A stretch of DNA of 64,000 bases from Hemiscyllium ocellatum (taxonomy: Eukaryota), in NCBI RefSeq assembly GCF_020745735.1, contig NC_083423.1:50902001-50966000 (forward strand). Reading direction: 5' to 3'. A program made the translations under genes and the position numbers. Below are positions 34,741 to 47,839 of the stretch, one piece after another. The first letter of the stretch is position 1. Every line of letters begins with the position of its first letter. The notes under the pieces are model-generated. The model was not told where the DNA came from, did no database searches, and was given only the letters and a program-made list of their open reading frames with translations.

Positions 34741-35559
34741 AGAGGTGGTGCTCACTTTATGCTTTACTGACTTTCACTGAGTTTGTCCATGAAAGATTCT
34801 TTTGTTTCAGCATCAGTTGTAGTGTGGCACACTTGACAAATAAGTTAGACTCCAAACCAGGAGAATAAAGCAGGAAATTTAAATTTGATTGAATTGGTGT
34901 GCAAAGCAGGATTACGATGGCATAATGCAAATGAGATTTGCGGAAAAATGTATCAGAGAAGCTAAGAAAATGTTACTTACTTTAAAAAACTTGATTAATT
35001 CTTCTGAAGTATTGCAATTCTATACTTGTAACCATTATTGTCTATGGCTCAAGAGGTTATTCATTTGTAATTGTCACTTATCACATCATTAAAATTTCCA
35101 TGCCTTAGCCCAAATTTTTCATATTTTGAAGTGTGGAAAGAGTGAACAAATACAACAATTTCATGCTATTTCAGACAAAATCCCACGGCAATTAGAAATA
35201 AAAGCAGAGGTGGCCTGTAAATCATTTCAAGCATGTTCCGACATTCAATAAAATCATAGTTGATCCTTGGAATTCAGCACTACTTACCTGTCTGATTCCC
35301 ACATCTCTATTTCTTTCAAGGCCAAAGTTCTAATGATCCCAATTATGAATGTGTTTGATAACGTGCTTCCTCTAGGGTTGACAATTCCAAAGATTCACAA
35401 GCTGCTGAATAAAAATTTATTTTCCTCAACTCAGTCTGAAACAGATGATCCCTTTCTCCAGAACCTGTGTCTGTAGTCAGGGAAACATCCTCTTAACTTT
35501 TACCCAGTCAAGCCTTCCGAATCATGATGTTTCAATTAGTTTTCTTCTGAAAGTATATA

Positions 35560-36220
35560 GATTCATTCTAAAAAAGGCAGGTGGATGAGTGACCTCCAGG
35601 AAAAGTAGGAGAGGGAGGCAGGTAGTGCAGGATTCTCCTGTGGTTATCCCCATCTCAAAGAAGTTTTGGAAAGTGTAGGGGGTGGTGCACTGTCGGGGAA
35701 ATGTAGCATGAACAGCCAAGTTTCTGGTACTGAGACTAGCTCTAATGTAACAAGGGGTATGCCAGGTTCCAAGTGATCGATTGTGATAGGGGACGCTCTA
35801 GTTAGAGGCACAGACATACGTTTCTGTGGCTGACAGTGAGAAATCAGAATGGGGTGTTGCCTCCCTGGAGACAGGATCAAAGGTATCTCGGAGGGGGTGC
35901 AGAATATTCTCAAAGGGGAGCGAGACCAGCAGGAGGTCACTGTACACATTGGAACTAATGATGACATAGAAAGTGAAAAAGACAAGATTCTGAGGAAAGA
36001 ATATTGAAAGCTAGGCAGGAATTTAAAAAGTAGGTCCTCGAGGGTGGTAATATTTGGATTACTCTCAGTGCAATGGGATTGTGAGAGTAGGAATAGGAGG
36101 ATAGAACAGATGAATGTGTGGCTGAGGACCTGGTGCAGGGGAGATGGATTCACATTGTTGGATCATTGGAATGTCTTCGAGAGTAGAAGTGACCTGTATA
36201 AGAAGGACAGATTGCATCTG
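35560..36220 (+). mobile_element. CR1 LINE ORF1 esterase (SGNH-like) fragment, pseudogenised
   Basis: VIGDALVRGTD.RFCG, CCLPG.RI, VHIGTND, VVIFGLL.V, WLRTWC..GF..LDHW, LYKKD.LHL, with in-frame stops. Confidence 0.78.
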
Positions 36221-37196
36221 GGGCAAGTGGGGAGAACTCTGTCACACCCCTGATTTGTGCCTTGCAGAGGATGGACAAGCTTTGGGGAGTCAGGAGGTGA
36301 GTTCCTCACTGCAGTATTCCTAGCCTCTAAACTGCTCCTCCAGCCATTGTATTTATGTGGCAAATCCAGTTGAGTATTTCTGGTCAATGCAAACCCCCAG
36401 AATGTTGATAGCAGGGATTCGGGGACGTTGATCCCATTGAATTTAAAGGGGTGGTGGTTAGGTTTTCTTTTCTTGAAGATGGTCGCTGCCTGGCATTTGT
36501 GTGGCATGAAGATTACTTGCCACTTTTAGCCCAAACCTGAATATTGTTCAGGGCTCGTAGAGGAGATAATTGAATTGACCAGTTATAAATAGGAAAAAGG
36601 TGTTACTGTATCCTTTCAAGTAAGTGGATTTATTACCCATCCTTAATTGCTTTTTGATAGCACTTAGGAGTCAGTCATGTTGCTGTGGGTCTGAATTCAC
36701 ATATAACCCAGACCAGGTCAGGGCAACAAATTTGCATTAATAATCATTCAGTAGTACAAAACTTGAGTATTTCTGATAAGGACATACTTTATTGAAACTT
36801 TTGTATCCTGAAGAATGAACCAGAATTTGGCTGTCATCTATTTTGTGGAGTTGGAACAGACAATGTGATGTCTTTCTGTCTACAAAGAACGTGGCCCAGT
36901 GTATTAATATTTGTAAAAATTAAAGGTAAAGTTGTCATGATCCTACTGGACCACAGAACTAATCTCTCATTAAAGAGAAGCAACAAGTGGTAGATTAAAC
37001 CGAGGGTCACCATCTCAGGCAAGGGGAAAGGTTGAAAAGGAAAGTTCTTCTGATAACATCAGCAGGTACAGGAATTGAACCCACCCTGTTGGCATCATGC
37101 TGCATTGATTAATACATGATTTGGAGATGCCAGTGTTGGACTGGGGTGTACAAAGTTAAAAATCAGGTTATAGTCCAACAGGTTTAATTGGAAGCA

Positions 37197-37231
37197 CACT
37201 AGCTTTCGGAGCGACGCTCCTTCATCAGGTA
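37197..37231 (-). ncRNA. Minimal hammerhead ribozyme motif, family 3
   Basis: UAC-CUGAUGA-A-GGAGC(GUC)GCUCC-GAAA-G-CUA^GUG: intact core, 5-bp helix II, palindromic helix III AGCU. Confidence 0.78.
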
Positions 37232-37708
37232 ATAGTGGAGGGCTCGATCGTAACACAGAATTTATAGCAAAAATTTACAGTGTGATGTAACTAAAATTAT
37301 ACATTGAAAAATTGATTGTCTGTTAAGCCTTTCATCTGTTAGAATACAATGATCGTTTCACTTCTTTCATGTGTAAATCACAAAACCCTTCTTTTTAAAG
37401 TTGCATTCTTGGGTTAGCTGCTAACAATGGTGATAGCTAGACAATATGTTGAAGGTGTTGGCCCCCCGTGTTCTCTGTCTAAGACCTGATGTTTAGATTG
37501 ATTCTAATCTAATAAGTGAGATAACAGTGTTTTACATAAATTCATGCAGTTTTTGAGCTCAGAGTTCTACATGAATGTATGCAGTTTTTGAGCTAAGTGC
37601 AATGTAACTCTGCAATAAAAATTCACCCCACAAAATATATGTGTGCATGTGGGTTTTTGTCTGTCTGTGTCTGTCTGTCTGTCTGGGGTGGGGGTTGTGA
37701 GTGTGAGG

Positions 37709-37710
<2 letters not shown>

Positions 37711-37782
<72 letters not shown>
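37711..37782. repeat. (GT)n microsatellite, ~36 units
   Basis: Pure GT run inside the PLE 3' region. Confidence 0.97.
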
Positions 37783-37786
<4 letters not shown>

Positions 37787-37907
37787 AGTGTCTTAAGTCT
37801 GCGAGGGGGTGCATGTGTGAGCGTGGGAGTGTGTGTGTCTATAAGGGTGTGTGTGGGTGTCTGTGTGCACATCTGTGTGTACCTGTGTCCGTGTGTATGT
37901 GAGAGAG

Positions 37908-37910
<3 letters not shown>

Positions 37911-37954
<44 letters not shown>
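37911..37954. repeat. (GT)n microsatellite, ~22 units, preceded by (GA)n
   Basis: Directly visible. Confidence 0.95.
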
Positions 37955-37956
<2 letters not shown>

Positions 37957-39953
37957 TGCAATGGTGATCACCTGTAATGTGACATGAACCCAAGGTCCTG
38001 GTTGAGGCCCTCCCTATGGGTACCGAACTTGACTGTCAGCCTCTGCTCGGCTACTTTCCTCTGCTGTCTGTCCTGAAGTCCACCTTGGAGGATGGTCACC
38101 CAAAGGGCCGAGGCTGAATATCCTGGACCACCGAAGTGTTCCCCAACTGGGAGGGAACCCTCCTGTCTGTTGATTGTTGTGCGGTGCGCATTCATCCGTT
38201 GTCGTAGCCTATGTTCGGTTTCCCCAATGTACCATGTGTCCAGGTATTCTTGCCGCAACGTATAAGATAGACAACGTTGGCTGAGTCACATGAGTACCTG
38301 CCATGTACAAGGTGGGAGGTGTTCCCAAGCGTAATAGTGGTATCTATGTCCACAATCTGACATGTCTTGCAGCGTCCACCATGACAGGGTTGTATGGAGT
38401 TGTCCTGAGAGCCGGGCAGTTTGCTACAAACAATGATATGTTTGAGGTTTGACTGTTGTTTAAAGGCAAGTAGTGGAGGTGTGGGGAAGGTCTTGGTGAG
38501 GTGCTCATCCTCATTGATAATGTGTTGCAGGTCATGAAGAACATGGCGTAATTTTTTAGCCTCTGGGAAGTACTGAACAACAAAGGGTACCCTGTCAGTT
38601 GCAGCACGTGTCTGTCTCCTGAGGAGGTCATTACGGTTCCTTGCTGTGGCACGTCGGAACTGGCGGTCGATGAGTTGAGCATCGTACCCCGTTCCTGTGA
38701 GGGCATCCTTGAGTACTTCCAGATGTCTGTCACATTCCTCCTCATCTGAGCAGATCCGGTGTATGCGTAGGGCTTGTCCGTAGGGAATGGCTGTTTTAAT
38801 ATGTTTTGGGTGGAAGCTGGAAAAGTGTAGCATTGTGAGGTTGTCTGTGGGTTTGCGGTAGAGCGTGGTGCTGAGATGTCTGATTAATACATGTAGCTTC
38901 ATTTTAAATCTTAAATTTGTTGTCAGTGTAATTCCTTGCTCCAATTAGAGAATAATGTTAGAGACTATGTTGCAGATTTTGCAAGCACAGGATGCTTGGT
39001 ACAATCACTACTTTACTTCTGCAAATATCTGAAAGGATATGCTGTTTGCTACAATGTTCAGACCATACCTAGTATAACACTGGCAATGAAATTCATATAC
39101 CACATTGCTCATTTAGGGGATAAGTAGAGCATCTTTTTAGCTTGACTGCTTTAGAATTGTTGCTTTTCCCTTTGAATTGGTATTCTTCTGAATTGTCCCG
39201 ATGAGTATGAGATAAAAACATTTTGACAAAATATATATATATTTTTAGCAGTGCTCAAATTTCCATTAGTGAATCAGATATTGCCTGTGATAATTGATGG
39301 TAGTTGTGGTCTTTTACTGAATTAGCTTTTCATTCCATATTTTCCTTTTGGTTAATTCATTGAATTCAAATTCCACCAGACTTGAACCTCTCTCCCTACT
39401 TCATTAATTAATTGGCTGCAAAGATCTTTGAGACGCCCTGCAGACATGGAAAAGTACTATACATGCAAGTTCTGGGTTACTGAAATATCAGAACCATACA
39501 CACAGAAGGGAAAAGAAGTAGCTTTAAATGAAGCCACAAATATTGCCGTACAACAACACTCACATTATACAAAGCGAACTTGTTGAATTAAAAGCTATTT
39601 GTCACAGGAAGAATTAGGTTAATAGAAATTTGACAGTAAATTGGAAAGTAAATAGATCAGACTATAATATTTTTACAGGGGACAGAATAAATACATAAGG
39701 AAGAAGAGTAGCAAACTTAGTAAATGAAACCAGATACTGTTGAAAGTATAGAAGAATAAATTCAAATAAAGTCACTTATTAGAGAACAAAAAATAATAAC
39801 GAAATATTTTTAATAGTGGGGTTTTGCTACAGATTTCACAAAGGAGAGAAAGTAGATTAAGACTAATTATATTGCTCTCAGAGATTTTGATTACTAACAT
39901 TGATTGGGAAGGGAGTAAATAGAAAAACTGGAATGGAACGCCTACAATAGGCA

Positions 39954-40607
39954 CAAGGCCCCAAGGGATCCTTCCATATCCGCCACAAATTCACCTGCAC
40001 CTCCACACACATCATCTATTGCATCCGCTGCACCCGATGTGGCCTCCTCTATAGTGGGGAGACAGGCCGCCTACTTGCGGAATGCTTCAGGGAACACCTC
40101 TGGGACGCTCGGACCAACCAACCCAACCACCCCGTGGCTCAACACTTTAACTCCCCCTCCCACTCCACCAAGGACATGCAGGTCCTTGGACTCCTCCATC
40201 GCCAGAACATAACAACACGACAGTTGGAGGAAGAGCGCCTCATCTTCCGCCTGGGAACCCTCCAACCACAAGGGATGAACTCAGATTTCTCCAGTTTCCT
40301 CATTTCCCCTCCCCCCACCCTGTCTCAGTCGATTCCCTCGAACTCAGCACCGCCCTCCTAACCTGCAATCTTCTTCCTGACCTCTCGCGCCCCCACCCCA
40401 CTCCGGCCTATCACCATCACCTTGACCTCCTTCCACCTATCACATCTCCATCGCCCCTCCCCCAAGTCCCTCCTCCCTACCTTTTATCTTAGCCTGCTGG
40501 ACACACTTTCCTCATTCCTGATGAACGGCTTATGCCCGAAACGTCGAATTTCCTGTTCCTTGGATGCTGCCTGACCTGCTGTGCTTTAACCAGCAACACA
40601 TTTTCAG
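39954..40607 (+). mobile_element. PLE family 1 3' fragment (GIY-YIG + pLTR, no tail)
   Basis: Highly similar to 30731-31383; embedded in decayed CR1-like sequence. Confidence 0.92.
40514..40549 (+). ncRNA. Minimal hammerhead ribozyme motif
   Basis: AUUC-CUGAUGA-A-cGGC(UUAU)GCCC-GAAAC-GUC^GAAU; one mismatch at the base of helix II. Confidence 0.65.
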
Positions 40608-43409
40608 ACAAGATTCTTCCCTCAAGGAGAGTGTTCAATGGTAGAGGATTTGTCCAGTAACATGTAAAGAAACATGATAGATGAGTTACATTTAGGCAAA
40701 GCCTCAGGGCTAATGATCACAATATGGTACAGATTGATATTCAAGTAAAAAGGGAAAAGGTTAGCATACAAGCAAGGGACCTCCATTGCAATAGGACAGA
40801 TTGCAGCAAAATATGAAAAGTAAATTATTTGAAATTAGGTGGAAAGAGAAATGGATGTGCAGGACTACAGCTTTACATGTTTTATAAAGGAAGTGAGATG
40901 TTTGCATGTTATTTTAGCAAAGAAGACTACTTCAAGTCTTCAGAATACCATGGATAAGTAAAAAAAATTGAAAATGAAATTGAAAAGGGCATAATGGGCC
41001 TATAAGTTCCATAAAAGTTTGAAAGAATACAATAGAACAAAGAAATTGATAGAGAACTAGGGTTTTTACAAGGATAAAAACTCATGAAGATGAATTATAA
41101 AATTAAACCTCAACTGAATACCAATCTATACAATAACTGTCAGATGTGCTGATCAAATTAAGGAATTTTTTATTTAAAGTATTATTTTTAAAAAAGTTTA
41201 CAGTAAGGAAATGTTAATAATTCAAACGAGAAGAACGAAGGTACGGTGTCAGATACATTTTGTTTTTCTGATCTACTATGAAGAAAATGTATTTTCTTTA
41301 CAGTTTCAAGTACCTTTGTCTTGTTACTCATAGTGATTTTCATTTCTGAACAAACCTTTCTGATCTATTTACTAATTGTCCATATTCTGTTTATTTATAT
41401 ACATAGAAAAACAAAAGGTGCAGAAGATTTGAATGTTCTCTGAGCAGTAAAGTGTTCCAGATTGTTTATATTGCCAACGTAAACTGTCAGATTCTAGGCA
41501 CATCACAACCATTATCCTTTAGGGATCTGCAAAGGTCAATCCTAATTGTATTAGCTTCAGAAAAATACATTTCTGTCAAAACATGAATTGGCTGCATAGT
41601 TTTTTTTAAATCAGCACTGACGACCTTACAAAGTTACGCAAGTACCTCTGTGTCTGATATTTAATGTTATATGATGGATATGTTTGTCAAATATGTGGGC
41701 TCATTTACAGGATCAAAATTGCAAGCAGACTGAAGTAGTTCATGCATAGAAAGAATGTTAAATATTCTTTAGTATTGCTTTTAACAAATTGCTGGTTAAT
41801 AATGGTGAAGTATTAAGTTTTTTTTTATTCAGCTTTGCCAATGGCATTTGTTTTTCATAAAGTGAGGAATAATTTAACCATAATTACCTGGCATAGCTTA
41901 GCTCTTTGTGCCGTTCTAGAAAGGAAGGAAAATCTTGAGGTGTTACAGCCAATAAAGTGTTGTACTTTCAAAATACCACCATTACTAGCATGTGTTATTC
42001 TAATTTGGGTAGTCCATTGTCACCAATCCTCCTTTTTCTATGTGGAAACTAGGACCTGACTAATTGTCAGTGGTAGAGAATAGACCACTGGTGAGATTAG
42101 ATGTCGGATCCAATTGTCTTACATAACATTGTTGCATGACAGTAATAGGTACATATTACACTAACATGCTAGGCATAATTATTTAAGGGGGTTGGTTAAC
42201 TCAGTTAGCTGGATGGCTGGTTTGTGATGAAAAGTAATGCCAACAGCATTGGTGCAATTCCCAATCTGTTGAGGTTCTCAACTTCACTCCTCACCTGAGG
42301 CATGGTGAATCGTCAGTTAAGCCACCACCATTCTTTCTAGTGACAAAGCAGTGCTGTACTCTTCTGGTACAATGCAACTTTTATAATTACTCAGGACTCT
42401 GAGAAGCTATGCAGAATGTATTTGATCCCTTCAGGTAGTCTTACAGAACTCAACTATGTCTGTATTATGTATCGTCATCAGTTTGGCTAGAGCTCAGTAT
42501 TATGTGAACATTAGTCCCTAGAGAAACATGACCTTATGTGACAGAAAGGCATTCATTTACATATCACATTTAACACTGAAAAACATCCCAAGGTGCTTTG
42601 GGCTAGAATTATTAACAGAATTTAGCAGCATGCCACAATGTAAGGTGACAGCGCAGATGATCAAAAGCTTGGTCAAAGAGATAGGGTTTAAATCTTAAAG
42701 GATGAAATGTAAAAATTGGATAAGACGCTTTTGGTGAGGAAATTCCAGAGCTCTGGGGCCTAGGCAACTGAAATAAATGTGCCAATGACACAACATTGAA
42801 AGCTGGAATGCGCAATAGACCTGAGTTTGCAAACACCAAGGATCTTGTGGTTTGCAAGTTGGAGGAGGTGATGGATACAAGGTAATGGGGGGATTTCAAC
42901 TGAGAAATTCATTTCGTCAGGAAGCAGGAAACCTTGCCTACCACCTCCTTGCATTGCCATGGGATCTTTTGAATCTCCCTAATAAGACAAACTCATTGGA
43001 CACCTCTCCCAAACGATAGCATTTTCAACAGTTCAGCACTGCTTCAGTACTTTTTTTGAATGTCTGTAATGAAGACCAGGAGCCCTGGTCAATTTTCCAT
43101 AACTGATCAGTGGCCTTGAGGTCAGCTGTCGTGTCCCTAATAACATCAACTAACTCGGTATCTCCCAGAAATCACGCCTATGACTCAGTGATTCACAGGA
43201 CCATCACAGGAACTCCTGAAGTTTTCTTGTTTGGAATAGTGCAATTTCTGTCCAACCTTTTGACTTCAGAGGATGCAACATAGTTTACCTGTACACCTCA
43301 GCCAAGAGCTGCAGAATACATTCAACAGACTCCGATTATCAGAGCACCATCAATCTCAATTCCCCTAGTTAGCAAGTCCAGCTTCCAGTATAACTGGTAA
43401 TAATATTTT

Positions 43410-43935
43410 CCCAAAATGCAGCGCCTCGCATTTATCTGAATTAAATTCCAACTGCCACTTCTCAACCCATTGGCCCATCTGGTCCAGATCCTGTTGTAAT
43501 CTGAGGTAACCCTCTTTGCTGTCCACTACACCTCCAATTTTGGTGTCATCTGCAAACGTATAACTGTACCTTTTATGCTCACATCCAAATCATTTATGTC
43601 AATGACAAAAAGTAAAGGACACAGCACCGATCCTTGTGGCACTCCACTGGTCAAAGGCCTCCAGTCTGAAAAACAACCCTCCACCACCACCCTCTGTCTT
43701 CTACCTTTGAGCCAGTTCTGTATTCAAATGGCTAGTTCTCCCTGTATTCCGTGAGATCTAACCTTGCTAATCAGTCTCCCATGGGGAACCCTTGTCGAAT
43801 GCCTTACTGAAGTCCATATAGATCACATCTACCGCTCTGCCCTCATCAATCTTCTTTGTTACTTCTTCAAAAACTCAATCAAGTTTGTGAGACATGATTT
43901 CCCATGCACAAAGCCATGTTGACTGTCCCTAATCA
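43410..43935 (-). mobile_element. CR1 LINE RT fragment
   Basis: Minus strand encodes [33 protein letters not shown] and FADDTKIGG. Confidence 0.85.
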
Positions 43936-44947
43936 ATTAAAAGAACTACTTTTAAAGTTAACTGTACCTCTTTCCATTGACCTCGCACAGTAATTTGGTG
44001 CTGCAATGTTATTGATGTGTGACTGAAACCAGATGTCAGTGCCTATGCTGCCAATGGGTGTATGTGTAGTGCCATTGACATCATTGCTCACATATCTTCA
44101 ATCACTGCCCAATCACCACTCTGCTTTCTGCTTGGTTCTTGCCCGCATTTGCTTCCTTCCTGTTTTGTAACCTTAAACCTCGCATCCCTATGTTCTTCCC
44201 CCTCACTGAACAATCTCCCATCCAAAGTATAATAGTTTGCTCTAACTACCATCTAAAATTTACTGTCATTGACTTTTATTTGGAACTTCTTTCGTCCGTT
44301 TGTTATGTCCTTGCAGCTATTATTTACAGAACGTTTTACAATGTCTTCTATCGAATATAATCTGGAAATCTGACCATCTTCCCCCCACAATCCAAATCAG
44401 TTCCGGCAGACACTGGCAAACCACCTATAACCCCTACTCTCTGTTTCACTACTTCTAGCCGTTTTAATCCAAATTTATAACTCCTTGGTTTTCTTCCTGC
44501 ATGTTTCTTTGTCAAAGTATTTCTGAAATCCATTGTTGGGATTTTCATGGATACTGATAAGTTTTAAAATGCTATAAATTTCCCAGCAATTGACTCAAAT
44601 AATCTTTGGTAAAAATTTCACATTTTAAGATATTTTCAGTAACAAATAAACTAACAACATTGACTAGACATTACTTAGTAAGCAATGAAGGCAACAAACT
44701 ACAGAAGAGGCATTTTCCCCATTAACCAATTAAAAGAATCAAAAGAAAAAAGCCCATCTTCCCAACAAGATAACTTCTTCTAATTTTAGGGGGTTCACCA
44801 TCTCAGTTAATTAATATAGGCAGTCATTAATTTGTAAGTAATTACCTGATAGTTTATTGATTTTGTTAAGAAGTAGCAATTTAGATTTGATGCACTATTT
44901 GACCAGACAAAGTATGTAACTGTGACCGTTGAGGATGAGTCACTAAT

Positions 44948-45257
44948 GGGGTTACACAGTGGCTCAGTGGTTAGCACTACTGCCTCACTGTGCTAGGGAC
45001 CCAGGTTCGATTTCAACCTCAGCTGACTGTCTGTGTGGGTTTCTTCTGGGTGCTCTAGTTTCTTCCCACAGTCTAAAGATGTGTAAGTTAGGTGGAATGG
45101 CCATGCTAAATTGTCCATAGAGGTCAAGGAGGTGTAGATTAGGTGCATTTACCGTGGGAAATGCAGAGATGGAATGGGTCTGGATGGGATGTCCTTCAGA
45201 AGGTCGGTAAGGATTTGTTGGGCCAAATGGCCTGTTTCCACACTGTAGGGATTCTAT
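44948..45257 (+). mobile_element. tRNA-derived SINE
   Basis: A box tggctcagtgg, B box ggttcgattt, core and 3' end ..ccacactgtagggattcta. Confidence 0.82.
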
Positions 45258-47289
45258 GAATCTTCTTTTCTATGGGATACCAGAGGACATGCATGCTGTC
45301 AGTACACAATGTTTTGGTCTTGTTAATTTGGTGGCAGGGAGCATCCTGTTGCCTCAGGGAAATGTTAGCGAGCTCTTCCCTTGGTCTTCTTTCACTTCTT
45401 CTAGTCTATCTTCCATCTGCCTGGTGAAGACTGCTCATTGAAGGCTGTTGTCTGAGGACTGACCTGATGAGAAAATGCTGCTTACAAGGTCTGCTTGATG
45501 AGAATTCCCCAAAAAAGAACTCGCCTTTTTCCCTGATCACATATTGTTGTAACACATTTCTAGCAGCAGGGTATTTTCTCTGGGTCAATTAATTTCCTGA
45601 AATCATTTGGCCAATTTCAGTGGGACAACTACACTTGACGTCGGATGACCATTATCTCCTTGCCCACCTCCATTTGAAAAATTCCTTCTAAGAAAAGGAT
45701 CCTTAATTTTGAAAACAGCACACCAGTAATAGGGTACGTTCAGCACCAGTTAAGCTGCTGACACTAGTTAAATGGTCATTGTGACTTCCACATTTCTTAT
45801 AATTCTTCCCTTTGTTTTCACATGCTAGAACTTCGGAAAGTATATTACTGCTGTCATAAATGTTCAAAGAAATCTCATGCTACATTGTAAATTCTGGAAA
45901 AACTCAGTTTTTAAAGAAGCCTAATATTCAACACTTCTTACGACACTAGGTTGAATTCTTTCTAATGTCCTTTTGAAAATCTCTGCATTCAACTTCCTGA
46001 ATTATGTTGAACAAACTTCCAGTGGGAAAACATTCTTTTGTGACTATTCGCTCTTTAAGTTCCTACAAGTTTCATCTTTTCCAAGGCAAAGCTCTTTTAA
46101 AAATTAAAACTGCTGGTCTCTTCTGCAGAGTATACTCAACTTGAGAAATTAACTTTGTCCCTATCCCTACAGATATTGTCAGACCTGCTGAGTATCTCCA
46201 GCATTTTATGTTTTTATTTCAAATTTTCAGTATTTTTTTGTTTTTATTTTAGGAGTCCCATTCTCACTAGTACTCTGTCCATTAGTTAATACACCAGGTC
46301 TATCTGTCTGAGGGCCTCTATCCAATGTCTTCTGTATCATGCATCTTTTGCAACTGATACATGAGAAAACACCTGTATGAAAGCAGTTTCTGTACTGCCT
46401 GCCTTGCTCCTCAATCAGAATTCTAAGTAACATGACATGATTCATGAGGTTCCAAGAGTGACACTCTGCCAACATCCTCAACCTATGGAAGAATTTCTAA
46501 CCCAGCCCGCTGACATCCCTATTGATTTGACCTCAGATGATTAATACAAGAAAATTATTTGAAAAATGCCAACCTGTTGTCGGCGTAGTTCATTAATCTG
46601 CACTGACGAAGAGGAAAAAACTGAATCAATATAAGACGTGGAGCAACTAATTATGTCTGTCTTCACTTCCAATTTGAATAGTTACTCACATCCAACACAA
46701 ATACATCCAATGTCCTGAACTTTTACTTAAGTGCAGTCAACTTAACCCTTTAGCGGCTTTGCTGTTTGATGAGTACTTTCATTTTGACAGTCTGCTCATG
46801 TGATCCATTCGATAGTCATTCTCAAATACGTTTCTTATGGAGAATAAATGGATCATTGGAAAATATGAGTTATACCCAATCAGTGCACTGTGGTATTAAT
46901 CATTTTCAATCCGAAATCAAGTCTGAAGATGTAGTCCCATTTTTGAGAATTTTGAACTCTTGAACATAACAACACAACAAAAAAGAGTTAAAGTATATTT
47001 TGAAACAATACCATTATTCCGATACAAAAACAAAAAGTGCTGGAGAAACCCAGCAGGTTTGGAGATAATTCTTCAGTTCTGAGGCTCAGTAGCTCGGTAT
47101 GCAAATAGGTCCAATAAAATTCACCATTGTCCACAAGACTCCAGTCAAGCCAACTTTCTCTCAGTGCTGCCATTGAATAGTTTCATAGTTTGAGTTCTGT
47201 GGAATCAGGGCAGTTCATTAAAGCATTATTGTTGTAACAAATGAGAAGAATAACATGTAATAACAATGTATAAAAAGATTACAGCAATA

Positions 47290-47830
47290 ATTATGAGCGA
47301 ATTCTGGTCTCCCTGGTATAGGAATGATGCTGTGAAGTTGAAAGGAATTCAGGAAAGATTTACAAGGTTGTTGCCAGGGTTGCAGGGTTTGAGCTACAGG
47401 AAGAGGCTAAAATTAGGCTGGGGCCATTTTCTCTGGAGCAATGGAGGCTGAGGGGTAACCTTATACATGTTCATCAAATCATGAGGGGCATGGATTGGGT
47501 AATTAGACAAAGTCTTTTCCCCAGGTGAGGGGTGTCCAGAATTAGAGGGTATGGGTTTAAGCTGAGAGGGAAATGATTTAAAGAATCCTAAAGGCAATGT
47601 TTCATGCAGAGGGTGGTGTGTATATGGAATGAGTGGCCAGTGGAAGTGGTGGAGACTGGTACCACACAACATTTAAAAGACATCTGGATGGGTACATGAC
47701 TGGGAAGGGTTTAGAGGGATATGGGCCAAATGCAGACAAATGGGACTAGATTAATTTAGAATGGCTGGTCAGCATGGATGAGTTGGACCGAAGGGTCTGT
47801 TTTCATGCTGTACAGCTCTATGACTCTAAG
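47290..47830 (+). mobile_element. CR1 LINE 3' end
   Basis: FWSPWYR.D..KL..IQ.RFTRLLPGL.GLSY; tail tctatgactcta. Confidence 0.83.
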
Positions 47831-47839
47831 ACTTTAATC

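Larger units (their letters stand above)
37119..38880 (-). mobile_element. 5'-truncated PLE (family 3) with microsatellite-rich 3' region
   Basis: Minus-strand YRKPTD..SSFHPKHIKTAIPYGQALRIHRICS, PCHGGRCKTC, VVYLIRC / WYIGET..LRQRMNAHR (one frameshift). Perfect target duplication TGATTAATACATG at 37106-37118/38881-38893. Confidence 0.92.

Noticed and set aside
37567-37993. HT/VC-repeat ORFs
   Set aside because: Translations of (GT)n microsatellites.
39185-39270. Possible additional hammerhead relic (cccgatgagt..aaaac), and similar partial cores at ~24227 and ~46603
   Set aside because: Core and helix II are too degenerate to support a call.
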